NCBI RefSeq assembly: GCF_000143415.4
Contig: NW_003314301.1
Location: 654,336 to 718,335, forward strand
Direction: 5' to 3'
From: Selaginella moellendorffii
Lineage: Eukaryota > Plantae > Lycopodiophyta
Length of the DNA stretch: 64,000 bases
The stretch's first letter is position 1, and each line of letters opens with the position of its first letter. The notes under the pieces are model-generated. The model saw only the letters and a list, made by a program, of their open reading frames with translations, made no database searches and was not told the DNA's origin. Shown one piece after another: positions 11,601 to 24,381 of this stretch. Position numbers and translations under genes: made by a program.

Positions 11601-14600
11601 CTCATATGCGAGATAGCAGCTGCTCAGTGGCCATCCGATAGTAACAGATGCGTGGAAAGGATGGTCGATAGCTCGAGCGAGATATTGTTCGAGTTTTTTT
11701 TGAAGAACCTTGTTCTTCGTCCATTCCTCGTCAAAGAATTTGCCGAAGCGGTGATGAAGATTTCTACGGGCGACTTACTGAGAAAAATGATCCCTTACGT
11801 GCTTCCGAAGCTTATACTGGATCAACAGCACGACGAAAGAGCTCCTCAAACGCTTAATACTCTAGCGCATCTGTTACAGACAAGTTTGCCGCTGGTGTTA
11901 CTCGAATGGTGCCACAAGGTTTTGTCCGTGCTCTTACTTCGAGCGGACGGAAGGGAGCTGATGGCTGCATTGCATTTCTACGAAGCACAGACGGGATCAG
12001 ATGCTCGTGAGATATTTGCAGCTGTCTTGCCTGCGTTACTTGACGAACTAGTTTGGTTTCTTGGGGACACGAGTAACGATGAAGCCGTTAAAAGGTAACA
12101 TTTCACAAGTTTCTTATTTTCCTCCTCTAAAACTGGACTGCAGGTCTGCAAGAGTTGGTCCCATGATTCAAGAAGTTGCCCGTATTATATCCGGATCCGA
12201 TGATCTACCGAGTTTCTTAAGGCAACATTTTGTACGCCTCTTGAACAACATTGATCGGAAACTCTTACGTTCGGAAGACGTCCAAATGCAAAAGCAGGCT
12301 CTCAGGTGCATCGAGCGTTTGTTAGAGATGATCGGTTCTCATCTCAGTGCTTTTATTCCTAAGATCATGGCTTTACTCTCTCAGCCGCAAGACTTACAGT
12401 ATGAGAGCCTTAGCGTTTGGCTTTCATTTGTCAAAAGACTCGCTCAAGTTTCCCCAGCAAACCTGAAGACTGTCGCAAGCCAAATCGTCGTGGCGCTGAT
12501 GCCGTGCCTTGAATCTGAACAGTCATCAACTATCGATGCGGCAGTACAAATTTTGGAGGAGCTGATACTCAAGAACAGGAGGTTGCTGGGGGACCAGATA
12601 AAAGAACTGCCGTTACTTCCCAGCCTGGAGCCTTTGGCAGCTGTGAACGCCGTCTTGAACGAAGTGCGTGGATTCTTAAGTTTACGAGATCAACTCTTAC
12701 GAGCAGGCGAAGGTTTGAACCATGAGAGCCTATCTTTGAGGCTCGTCACCGCAACTGAGCTGCTCAAGTTACTGTCCAGTAAAAGGAACGATATCACTGC
12801 ACTCGTTCTTCGGGAGACACCGGCGGATGCAGACGCAGTGAGCAGCCTCGTGACTCGGTTACTGCGTGGTTGCTCGGAGGAATCACGGACATCAGCGGGA
12901 CAGAAATTCAAGCTGGCCTGTGCCGAGTGCTTGGGTGGTCTCGGTGCTATTGATCCCGTCAAGCTACAAATAAGCCTACGACATCGTTCGAGCATGCAGC
13001 ACACGGAAGAGGATCTCGTGTTCCAGTTGATAAACCAGCACTTGACCAGAGTTCTCCGAGCAGCATCCGATACCGACGTGCAAGATGCAGCAGCTTTAGC
13101 TATCCAAGAGCTTCTCAAGCTCACAGGCTGCCATGAAGCTCGAGGTGTCTCAAGACCACCATCGAGTTCGAGTAAGCCGACTCAAAAGAGCAAGCTACAG
13201 CTTGGGGACAGGTTGTGGAGCAGGTTCTCCGATGCCGTCAAAGAGATCATCAGTCCTTGCTTAACGTCGAAGTACCTGCTCAAAGTTTCTGGAGCTCCGA
13301 TGCCTTCCGGGCCCATTTTTCGTCAAGGGATACTGTTCAGGAGGTGGATGTATCTGTGGTGTCGAAGGCTGCTCTCGCAAGTAACCGGTCAGATGGCATC
13401 GATTCTCGGTGCTTGTAGAGGTGTGGTAAGACACGACATGGATGCGGCACTATATATACTCCCGTATCTCATACTGGACATAGTCTGCCACGGGTCTCAG
13501 GAGGCGCGCACAGGCGTTACGGACGAAATTCTAGCGGTCTTGGCTGAAGCTGGCACTGGAAACGACGGGCAGCCGGGGCAGCCAGTTTATCTTAACAATG
13601 CATTCTGCGGGTCGGGTGGCGAAGTTAGCATGCAGACCGTTTTTATGCTGCTAGATAATCTGGGACAGTGGGTGGACGACTCCAAAGCGCTAACAAGCAA
13701 GGGATCACGCTCGACACAAGCGAAGGAACTGTCCGCAAAGCTTTTAGTGCAGTGCGAGCAAGTTGGACAGTTGCTGGCTTCTATACCGAAGCAGAGCCTG
13801 GCATCGGCTTCTTTTCGTTGTCGTGCCTACGCTCGAGCGCTACTTTACTACGAGTCTTACGTTCGCGAGAAGTCTGGAGCTCTTAATCCGGCTGCTCTTG
13901 TGAGTGGCACATTCAAAGACGAAGACGTCGGTTTCCTTTTGAAGATTTACGGTGGTCTGGACGAGCCCGACGGGCTGTTGGGAATAGCTCGCTTGCAAAA
14001 GCGTGCAAGTCTGGAGGATCAAGTGCTTATCAACAAGATATCTGGGAACTGGGCCGAGGCATTGACGTTTTGCGAGCAAGCTTTGGAGCTGGAGCCAAAG
14101 AGCTTATACTGGCAATCCGGGATCTTAGACTGCCTCGTGAACATGGGACATTTCCAGGCGATGGTAACTCATGTTGATGGACTGCTGGCTCGCTTGCGAG
14201 ATTCAAGAAGAGAGTGGTACATGCGTGGCGTTCAAGCTGCTTGGCGGCTCGGACAGTGGGACTTGATCAATGAGTACGTTCATGGCTCTGAGCTAGAGGC
14301 AGGAAGTACTGAAAGTGATTCGGCATTCGATCTTAGCTTGGCCAAGGTACTGCAAACACTTCGCTCCAAGGATCAGGTGAAGTTCCAAGAGCAGCTTACG
14401 CATGCAAGGCTTGCTTTGCTTGCACCGCTCGCGGCCGCCAGTATGGAGTCGTACGTCCGGGCGTATCCTGTGATCGTAAAGCTACACATGCTGCGGGAGC
14501 TCGAAGATTTCTTCTCGTTGGCTGACAAAGGTGGCGATAACAAAGACCAACTGTTTGAGAACTGGAACGGACGTTTGAAGATGACGCTGCCTTCGCTCTC

Positions 14601-17140
14601 GACAAGGGAACCTATACTGGCACTTCGGAGGCTGCTGTTCTCCGTCTGTGACTTGCAGTCCGAAATGGGAGGCTGCTGGCTGCAGTATGCAAAGCTTTGC
14701 AGGACTTCCGGCCATTACGAGACTGCAAACAGGGCCATACTTCAGGCACAAGCTGCTGGTGCTCCGAATGCACACAGGGAAAGAGCCAAACTTTTCTGGG
14801 ATATGAAGAAAACGCATCGCGCCATCGATGAGCTACAACAAGTTTTGGTGAACGTACCTCTGAGTGTTCTTGGAACCGCCAGCGGTGCTGCTCTTTCAGG
14901 ACTTGTCCTTAACACCTCGCAGACGGAGTCAGCATTAGAGTTGACAGTCGAAGAACAGGTATGCAACGATGCAGCAAAAACTTTGCTTCTCTTGGGAAGA
15001 TGGGCCCATTGTACAGGGCAGAAACAAAAGGAGGATGTGATCAGCATCTACACCAGAGTGAAAGACTTGCAGCCAATGTGGGAGAAGGGATACTTCTACA
15101 TGGCAAGGTACTACGACGATTTGCTAGTGGATGCCAGGAAGAGGCAGGAGGAAAACAAAGAGCACAGAAGTAACACAACGAAGCGGGGCAGTAATGCTGA
15201 CGACAAACCATGGTGGACTTATCTCCCCGATACGGTTCTTTGTTACGCGAAGACGCTGCACAGAAGTCACCACCATTTGTTCCAAGCCTTGCCTCGCTTG
15301 CTGACGTTGTGGTTCGAGTTTGGAAGTGCTTATCGCAGTGAAAGTCTTGGTTCAAACAAGATCGTAAAGGCCGCGCATGTCAGGGTAAGCTTTTCATCGT
15401 TCTTCGAGACAAATTTCTAACGTGTGGTTTTTGAAGGTGATGGCTATAATGAGAGGTTGTTTGCAAGAACTTCCGTCATATCAGTGGCTTGCTTCTCTTC
15501 CCCAGCTAGTCTCAAGGATCTGTCATGACAATGAGGAGGTGGTCAGGCTGGTGAAGCAAATCATCCAAAGTGTTTTGCAAGCTTATCCTCAGCAAGCCTT
15601 GTGGACGATGGCTGCTGTTTCGAAGTCCGATATTCCTGAGAGGCGCAGTGCAGCTACAGAGATAATTCAAGCGGCAAAGTTTTCAACTCGCAACGATGAC
15701 GAGAGAGCGACGTTTGTTCAATTTGCTACTTTCATCGAGCATATGGTCCGACTATGCTTCGCCCCCGGTGCAAGTGAAAAGGCTCGGTCTCTAACCCTGT
15801 CCACAAGCGACTTCAGCTCTCTCAAGAGAATGATGCCCCTCCAGGTAATTATGCCTGTCCAGCGAGCTCTTGCTGTAACTTTGCCCGCTGATGGCCTTTC
15901 AAACTCGAGCTACAATCCTTTCCCGTCTGGCGACTGCTCTACGATATTTGCTATTCGGGACGACGTCGAGATACTGGTATCGTTGCAGCGGCCCAAAAAG
16001 GTATGCGTGGCGGAAGTTTTTCAAACTACAAACATCTAAATCGTTTTGTCAGGTTGTGCTTGTTGCAAGCGACGGGACAGAACATCCGTTTCTCTGCAAA
16101 CCCAAGGATGACTTGCGTAAAGACGCTCGAATGATGGAGTTTACAGGCATGATCAACCGTCTGCTTTCTAAAGACCCCAGCAGCAGGCGGCGGAAGCTTT
16201 ACATTCGGACGTTCGCAGTAATACCACTGACAGAAGACTGTGGAATGGTGGAATGGGTGTCACATACGAGAGGCCTACGACACATTCTACAGGACTTATA
16301 CGTTTCGGCCGGCATGTTTACCAAGGAGACCAACCCGACCATCAAACGCATTTACGAGGACAACAAAGATAAGAAGATCTCCGCCACCGAGCTAATGCGT
16401 GACAAGATACTACCGATGTTTCCTCCAGTTTTTCACAAGTGGTTCCTCAACACGTTTCCGGAGCCAACGGCTTGGTTCCAATCGAGGCTGGCTTATGCTC
16501 ACACTACAGCAGTGTGGTCAATGGTGGGACATATCGTGGGGCTTGGGGATAGACACGGTGAAAACATTCTTTACGACTCTACGACGGGTGACTGCGTTCA
16601 CGTGGATTTTAGCTGCCTTTTCGACAAGGGGTTGCAGCTCGAGAAGCCAGAACTTGTTCCTTTCCGTCTCACACAGGTGCGTTAACATTTCTCTGTCCGT
16701 TTTTTTTTCTGAAGCCCTGCAACTTGCAGAACATGGTCGACGGCCTCGGTATAACAGGCTATGAAGGTGTGTTTTTGCGAACTTGCGAGATCACCTTGTC
16801 TGTTCTTAGAGCCAACCGAGAGACGCTCATGAGCGTTCTAGAGACGTTTATCCACGATCCTCTAGTGGAGTGGACGAAGTCTCACAAGTCGAGTGCAACG
16901 GAAGTCCAAAATCCTCATGCTCAGGTGACTGGTCCCTTTGGCTTGTGTATTGGAACTGACTGGGCTTTCCAGCGAGCGCTTGCAAACATCGAGGCTCGTT
17001 TGCGAGGAGTGGTCGTAGGTGTTGCTGCAGCTCCGTCTTTACCACTCTCGGTAGAAGGCCAAGCTCATCGTTTGATTCAGGAGGCCGTGTCTCACGAAAA
17101 CTTGGGACATATGTATGTCTGGTGGATGCCGTGGTTTTAG
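8694..17140 (+). CDS. ATR: ATR serine/threonine PIKK DNA-damage checkpoint kinase, multi-exon
   Basis: N-terminus MVDLSALLQDL...ESRFRSVLP..REILAILKLVRHT..FPGVLFHG resembles plant ATR. HEAT/UME region, FAT domain (CRAYARALLYYESYVREK), PI3K-like kinase (LCKPKDDLRKDARMMEF; GLGDRHGENIL; VHVDFSCLFDKG) and FATC end MYVWWMPWF*. Confidence 0.96.
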
Positions 17141-17606
17141 TACGGCTTGAGGTGCGTAAAATGTGCTTAAAATTTGGTTCTTTATGCTCACTAATTGTTC
17201 TTGGATGCAGCAAGCGGATTTATTTTAGATATATATGAATTTGAGTTTCTTGAAGTTCGATAATCGTGACTTGGGCCACACTCCAAAAGCTTAAAACAAG
17301 TACGTGCATCTATCATTTTAGTGCAGGAGAATTAGTAGTAATTATGACGTATTGTTGCTGTCAACAAGTCGTAGTCTTGAGCATGCCACTAAAATAGTGA
17401 TCGCTCACGGAATTGTGAAATATAACTGTACAGGTTTTGAGTGCGGCCTGTTATGAAGTTCCAGCATTAGCTCTTCACTCTAGATGATGGCGATGGTGAT
17501 GCCATTCTCTGATGATCCCCACTCCACTTGCGGAAATTAATCTATCTACAACAACATCGATCGTCTATATAACTCAAGGCCGAGCAGAACCTTAGAGTAA
17601 GCAGCC

Positions 17607-18660
17607 ATGGCTGGTCTTGTCATTTTTTCTTTGCTAATCTCTGTGGTCTCATACTGCAGCAATGCGAAACTCAGTGACAACGTCGACATTACCTGGTCTG
17701 CAGATCATGTTGATAGAGCAAATGAAGGGACTGAGCTCCTACTCAAGCTTGACAATTCATCTGGTATGTAACTCTCTCAACTGGACTTTCTCCAAGCTGA
17801 GGCTTTGCTTTTGAACAGGGTCCGGCTTCAAATCCAAGGAGCAGTACATGTTTGGAACCATCAGCATGGAGATCAAACTCGTGCCTGCCGAATCTGCTGG
17901 TACTGTGACGTCCTTCTATGTAAGAAGCACCTCCAGTTTCGTCGACACTAGATCTAAAATCTTCTTTTGCTCAGTTGCAAACGGACTCCACCCCCAGTAT
18001 TGGACCAGATTACTACGAGTACGACTTCGAGTTCCTTGGAAACGTGTCCGGGGAGCCTTACATCGTCCAGACGAATGTTTACGCCGGAGGCAAAGGTGGC
18101 CGAGAGCAGCGCATTTACTTGTGGTTTGATCCCACGGCGGACTTCCACACATACACCATGTCCTGGACCAAGCAACACACAGTGTAAGCTGCTAGTTCTT
18201 CCCTCCAGACTCTGGATCCCGGCTTACAATTCGATCCCGTTTCAGGTTTTTGGTGGATTCGACTCCCGTGAGAGTTTTCAAGAACAATGAAGAGAATGGC
18301 ATTCCTTACCCCTCCAAGAATCCCATGACGATGCGCTCTAGCCTGTGGAGTGGGGAAGATTGGGCTACGCGAGGTGGGCTCGTGAAAACCAACTGGAACC
18401 ACGCTCCCTTCATCGCTTCCTTCCGGAACTTCATTGCCGATGCCTGTGTTGTCTCTCAGGGTCAGGGTCAGGGTGGCGATGATTCCTCGTGCTCTAAATT
18501 TCTGCCAAGTTCTTCTGCAAGCTCCTTTAGCTCTGCCAAAATGGAAGGCAACCTTGGATCCGAAAAGCTAGGCTGGGTGAGGAAGAATTACATGATTTAC
18601 GACTATTGCACTGATGCTCTCCGATATCCATCACCTCCACCTGAGTGTTTTCTCATTTAA
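17607..18660 (+). CDS. XTH: Xyloglucan endotransglucosylase/hydrolase (GH16); exons ~17607-17763, 17819-17919, 17975-18183, 18246-18660
   Basis: Signal peptide, then [71 protein letters not shown], and the C-terminal [22 protein letters not shown]. Typical 4-exon XTH layout. Confidence 0.95.
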
Positions 18661-18757
18661 TTGTAGTGATCTTAAAGTGTCTTCTCATTTGATTGTAAAG
18701 AACTTCAAGTGATCTTAAAATTGTGGATCATTTTTCTTATATATTATACATTGGTGT

Positions 18758-20237
18758 TTACATTTTGGAGTAATATTTATCATTTGTTACAAGGTTTATG
18801 ATTTTGTTGAAGGCTTTATCGTTTAGTGAAACTTCAGCAAGCAGTTTCCATGCATATTCTTGGGTGGCATTTTCGAAATCTTGCTTGCGTTTGAGAACTA
18901 TGTGACCGCTTATCTCCCAAACAGCAGGGTTGACTTGTGTTTCCAAAATTTCGGCCTCAACTTCACCACGAACTTGTCTCTCAGCAAAACACTAGAAGAA
19001 AAACAAATTATCAATAAAAATCACTAGAAACCATGTAAAACTATCATGAGTTACCTGTGGGAATAAGTAAATTTGTGATCCTTTATCAGCAATAAGAATA
19101 TTGTATGGAATATTTTGCTCTTCAAGAATATTGCATACTGTAACAATTTGATATGATAATTCTTGAAAATTACTTGATCCAAGTTCATAAATAATGCCTC
19201 TTACGGGATAATTTTCCAATTTGTAAATATTAAAACCTTTCACATTATTCACAAGTAGTTTTTTCGATGCCTTCTCTACTGGAAATATATATTCCAAATA
19301 ATAAGCCTATTATCAGAAAAAATTAGCTTACAGCAATAAATATAAAAATATTATTCTTTCACATACCTGAAAATGGAGATGGTTAATTGTAGCAAATGCT
19401 CCCAAACTATTAAATCCAAGTCTGAAGTATATATTATTTGCTTGTTTAGCCATTTGAAGAGCTATAATAAATGTGTTGACTTCTAAACGTTGTGGGAGAC
19501 AATTAAGTAACCTTGGAATCAATAATATATGTCCAAACTCTATTGGACTCACCTGTTAAAAAAATTGTTAATAATTATATATTAAAAAGGAAAGAAAATA
19601 AATTACTCACATTAATAATCACCATGTTTGAGCTAGTTGCAAATGGTGAATTTTCTGGATCAAAACAGAAGAGAACTTCTTCTTGGCCAACTTTAGTAAA
19701 GTTGAATTTACTGGGATCAAAATCTTGCAAAACTTGATCCATTTTAAACTCAGTGGGACGCTTTTTTGAATGCCTGCCTTCGTTGAGTTGGGCAATAAAA
19801 CCACAATCTCCCGAAAGAATCTATTCAATCAAATATTAATTCTATTATTTGCGAATAACAAAAATTTTCTACCTTTGTCTCGCATGAGGTAACATCGTAG
19901 CGGAAGAGTCCCTGTTTTTGCTTCTCCATCCACTGACCAGAGATTGAGTTAGAAAGTTATACATACTAATCTAAGAGAACAACATACCGGAGCAAGAATA
20001 AATGAGTGTAGGAAGTCTATAGTTTCCCCCTTGGTATCCATACACTGTGCCTCACCATACAAGTAAAGAGGCACTCGCGCTCCTACAATCGAAAAAATGA
20101 AAGGGTTAACCATTAGCAAAAAACATAGAAGAAATAAAAAACTTACCAGGAAAGCAACATGGTCCCAAGCAATTTCTCCCACACCCATGGTTAGTTTCTG
20201 AGCGATCATTAGAAACAATGGCTGCCTCAAATCCCAT
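18758..20237 (-). CDS. VTC2: GDP-L-galactose phosphorylase-like (VTC2/VTC5 family), ~7 exons
   Basis: Spliced reading gives MGFEAAIVSN...GCGRNCLGPCCFPG|ARVPLY...|W...GLFRYDVTSCETK|..GFIAQLNEGRHSKKRPTEF..D.VLQDFD.SKFNFTKVGQEE...IN|VSPIEFGHILLIP...FRLGFNSLGAFATINHLHFQ|AYYL...|..ETQVNPAVWEISGHIVLKRK. The HIT-like HLHFQ motif is intact. Confidence 0.93.
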
Positions 20238-20685
20238 CTCGAAGAAGCTCACGCGCCACAAAATACGAAGAAGATCAAGCGCCACAAATTAACGCTAAAA
20301 CCTTAGGGCAATCTTTACTGTTATATATAACGATTCCTAAAAGGATTGCTACTTCCTTTAGTATCTTTTCAACGCCTGCAAGAGTTTGAACGGGGCCGTT
20401 GGATGATGCTGCGATCCGACGGTCCCAGAGCAAAAGGCGGAACGTGCCATGTGTAGGAGCCCTAAAATGGACTGGGCAATGGGCGCGAGCGTGTTGCGCA
20501 GCCACTGTTGTCTTTGCCGGGTCGTGTATCGGCGGCGATCGAGAGATTCATCTGATCCAGGGTCCAGGTTTGTGGCGCCATCGATCGATCACAGCTCGGG
20601 GAAAGATTTCAGGGGAATGCTATGACTGTGATGGATCAGGGAGAAATCCGGGTGTTCTTGCGGTAGCAAGCTGGAAATATCGGTC

Positions 20686-22137
20686 ATGGGGAGCTCTAGA
20701 ATGGTGTGGATGACTAGGAAAGTAGCCATTCTCGATATGTACGCGTTTCCACTGGAGGTGCCGCTGGAAGACGCCGCTCTTCTCAACGATCTAAAGAAGA
20801 GGGTGAAGGAGCAGCACCGGCAATGGTTGTCGATCGAGGCAAGCAAGGGAGAGGACTGGTATGTAGATAGATTCGCGAGAAATACTCCATTCCTGGACCA
20901 CTTTGCCGCTTATGCCAAGTCCAAGCAGCTCAAAGGGATGATCCGAAAGGGAATTCCTCCAGCTCTTCGTCCAAAGGTGTGGCTGGCTTCTTCCGGCGCT
21001 GCAAAGAAGCGCTCCACAGCTCCCAGGAGTTACTACAACGATCTCATCGAAGCAGTCGAGAATCGAGTCACTCCGGCAACTCGGCAAATCGATCAGGTAA
21101 GTTATAGTTTCTCGATTGACAACTCATTGTAGTTTTTTTCCAGGATCTCCCTCGAACTTTTCCGACACATCCATGGTTGGATTCCAAAGAAGGGCAGCAA
21201 TCGCTGAGAAGAATTCTTGTTGCTTACTCGTTTCGTGACTCCCGAGTCGGATACTGCCAGGTAAGAGAACTTCATTGTCTTCACATTGTCCAGTTCATAT
21301 CTAAAGTTTTGTGGTGATAGGGAATGAATTTCATCACAGCGCTTCTTCTTCTAGCGATGAGGTCGGAAGAGGACGCCTTTTGGATGCTTGCTGTGTTGCT
21401 GGAGGACGTTCTCCACAGCGATACTTACTCGGACAATCTCTATGGTTGTCATATCGAGCAAAGAGTTTTCAAGGACCTCATGAGGCAGAGAAGTCCAAGG
21501 TAAGAAATGTTTTCGTCTTTACAAGAGATCGATTTGGATCTGTTTCAGGCTGGCTGCCCACTTCCATGATATTGGATTTGACGTGTCGCTAGTCACCACC
21601 GAGTGGTTTCTTTGCTTGTTCTCGAAGAGTTTGCCTTCTGAGGTAAGTTTTGTCCGCTTCTTCAAAGAGAAGAAAATCAAATCGTGTTTGCAGACGACAA
21701 TGAGAATTTGGGATGTTCTTTTCAATGAGGGAGCAAGCATCATCTTTACAGTGGCACTATCATTGTTTCAGGTAATCAGGAAAAAGCATTTACACTTTAA
21801 GACGCTTTTGAACTGCAGACCCGAGAAGATCACCTTCTATGTGCCAGAAATGTTGGTGAAGCTCTCAGAATTTTGCACGATGCAACCCCGAGGCTGTACA
21901 ACCCCGATACAGTTCTTAAGGTGTTTGATGGCTGGCTTTTCTTGTTTCCTTCTGATCAATCCCATGGTATCAATTCAGGCTGCTTTCGAAGGACTGGGCA
22001 TGATGACAAGTTACACCATTGCCAAGCACAGAGAGAAGCAAGGAGTGGTTGTTGCAGCCGAGCTACAACAAAAATTAAGACAATCCACAACAACTTGTGA
22101 TATTGGCAGTAGATTGTGTGGTGCTACAGTTCTCTAG
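20686..22137 (+). CDS. TBC-domain Rab GTPase-activating protein (GRTP1-like), multi-exon
   Basis: LKGMIRKGIPPALRPKVW..SSGA, QIDQ|DLPRTFPTHPW, RVGYCQ|GMNF, EEDAFWML, EWFLCLFSKSLPSE|TTMRIWDVLFNEG. The IxxDxxR and YxQ fingers are present. The start codon is uncertain. Confidence 0.9.
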
Positions 22138-22340
22138 AATTTAAGGATGATTGATCACTTGATCCAGTGTCAATCTTTTCCTTGGATCCAAAACAAGCAT
22201 GCCCATAATAAGATTTCTCGCCTCTGGTGACAGATTGACAAGCCACTGGAACTCCAGGTTCGATCACTTGTAGCCTTTGAGAAGCTCGTATGCGATCACT
22301 CCAATCCCCCAAATATCCACTGCCTTTGTGTATGACAATC
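22085..22340 (-). pseudogene. 3' fragment of the cassette kinase
   Basis: Matches 28049-28330 with multiple deletions (ccacaacaacttgtgatattggcagtag, gcatgcccataat, cgtatgcgatcactcc). Confidence 0.85.
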
Positions 22341-22719
22341 AATGCCCTTACTGGGCATTTTACAACACTTGATTTTTAAAATTCCCTGCACGTAATGGCC
22401 GCATGGCTCTAAAAGCTAAGACTCATTTCACACAAGCCTGTCTTTCAGTCCTTGGAGATGCTCCATCTCCTCCGCAAATGCAGTGCTCTCCCACTTTTCC
22501 AACATAAGCTAATGCAAGCGCGGGGGATTTCCATAAACCACCGTCATCAGTGGCAGCAAATAGTTCCTCTTTACCTCCCTAAAGCTTGGCTCCCTCAATC
22601 CTCTAATCCACCACCTTTTTCATCGCATCCCTCACATTCCATCCATATCTCATGGCTTCTTGCACAAGACCTTTGTCCTTGTCTAGCATCCTCTTCACCA
22701 AGTTACTCCTCTTTCACAC

Positions 22720-24076
22720 ACCACTAGTTTGTTCTTCCTCTACGTTTTGCTCTCTCAGAATCACTTCCCGGACAAGGCCATGGAAGATTTCATCGTTCCA
22801 GAGTAAGGCGATGCTCGCAGAGCGGGAGCCGGCTAGAGTTCCAGTCCTATCACCGCAAATCCGCAGACTCGCCATCGCCAGCTCTCATCCTACGAGTAAA
22901 TCCACACCCGATGCTCTCGATTGATCCAAGATGACCAAACGGTGATCACGGCGATTGCCAATTCGGGATCGCGTCATTTGGATCGCAGGGCCTGGGGAAC
23001 AAGATTGCTGGCGATTGCTTCCACTTTTCTCTATGCTCTGCTCATGAACAGAGTTTTTCTCATCGCGAGAGATTCGTCCGCAGAGATCATGGATCGATTG
23101 TTTTGCGAGTCATTCCCAAAGAGTTCCTGGCTCCTTCCCTGGAGAGCCGATTATTCACAGTCAACGATTAATCGCGCCCGGATCTAAAAATCACTTATAA
23201 GCACTGTCACGATTTCGCGAGCTCGATCAAGTTATCTGTCCGTGGACTATACCCTGCAAGGAGCAGCAAAAACTCTTGCAATCGCAGGTAACGTGGCTGT
23301 TTCTCCGGTCAAACGTCTACTTTGCTCCGGGACTGTTCTTGGTGGAATCCTTCCGGAGTGATCTCGCGAAGCTCTTCCCCCAGCAGCAGGCGATCTTCCA
23401 TCACTTGAGCCGCTATCTCTTCCAGCCCATCGATCTGGTGTGGGCGCACAGCGCGGTTCTACGACTCATATGTCGCGCGCGCCGATCGCGTAGTCTCCAC
23501 ACTTGCAAGGAGTTCGTCAAAACCTGGCGGCGGAGGTGTTCCAGTGCGCAGTGGAGACGAAGATCCTCCCCAATATCAGCAAGAACAACGAGAGGATCAT
23601 GCTGCGCTCCTCGATCAGCTCGCAGCAGCAGCAGATCGCGGCGGTAGTGACTTCGCTAGACGAGCGCCACTTTGACGTGCTGCGAGAGATCTACCTCAAC
23701 TCCTCAGCCGCCGATGGATCGATCGTGAGAGTGGAGCAGCCAAGCCACGAGGGGCAGCAGCACACCGGATTTCTCGATCACGACGAGAAGGTTCTCCCGG
23801 AGATTTATTTTCGGGTAGAACCTTTATTTTCTGGGGTTGCTGATCAACCACTTTCGGCTATATTGGCCAGGGATTAGCCGGGTTGAGGCCTTGGCTTTAT
23901 GTCTGCTGGGCCTGGATCAGGTGGGGATGTTTGCTCCAAGGCAAGAACTATGGATCCTTGCTTCTTTTCGTTTGGGGAGTCTAACTGCGATTGTGGAGAG
24001 TCTGTCAAGTTTGACAGTATGGAGCGGTGTCAAGATTGGCATATAGCGCCTGGTGTTCAACTCAAACCAACTTGAA
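22720..24076 (+). pseudogene. GT37 fucosyltransferase pseudogene
   Basis: Collinear with 29600-31077 but broken by many small deletions and frameshifts. Confidence 0.9.
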
Positions 24077-24381
24077 TCTTAATCCATTCTTTTTAGGACA
24101 CGTAGAGAGTTTTGGTATGAATCGTTTGATATATGCAGTTATCTTTCTTTGACATGGTTATACCTCCATTCCACGAGCTTGGATGTTACAAAAAGGAATC
24201 CACGATCAAGATGTGCAAGGATAAATTTATAGTAAGAAATGGCATAGCCTCTGTCAATATCATTCACATGATGGACGGTTTTTAATTTATAAGATTTGCA
24301 TGATGGGTGATTCTCCTCTTTTTGTTTCCATGGCCACGCAAGTTGTAGTTCCAGTGGGATCAAACTCCTGGTGAAGTTTTC

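Noticed and set aside
20275-20505. 76-aa minus-strand ORF as the VTC2 regulatory uORF
   Set aside because: No similarity to the conserved uORF peptide, and it spans the putative TATA box.
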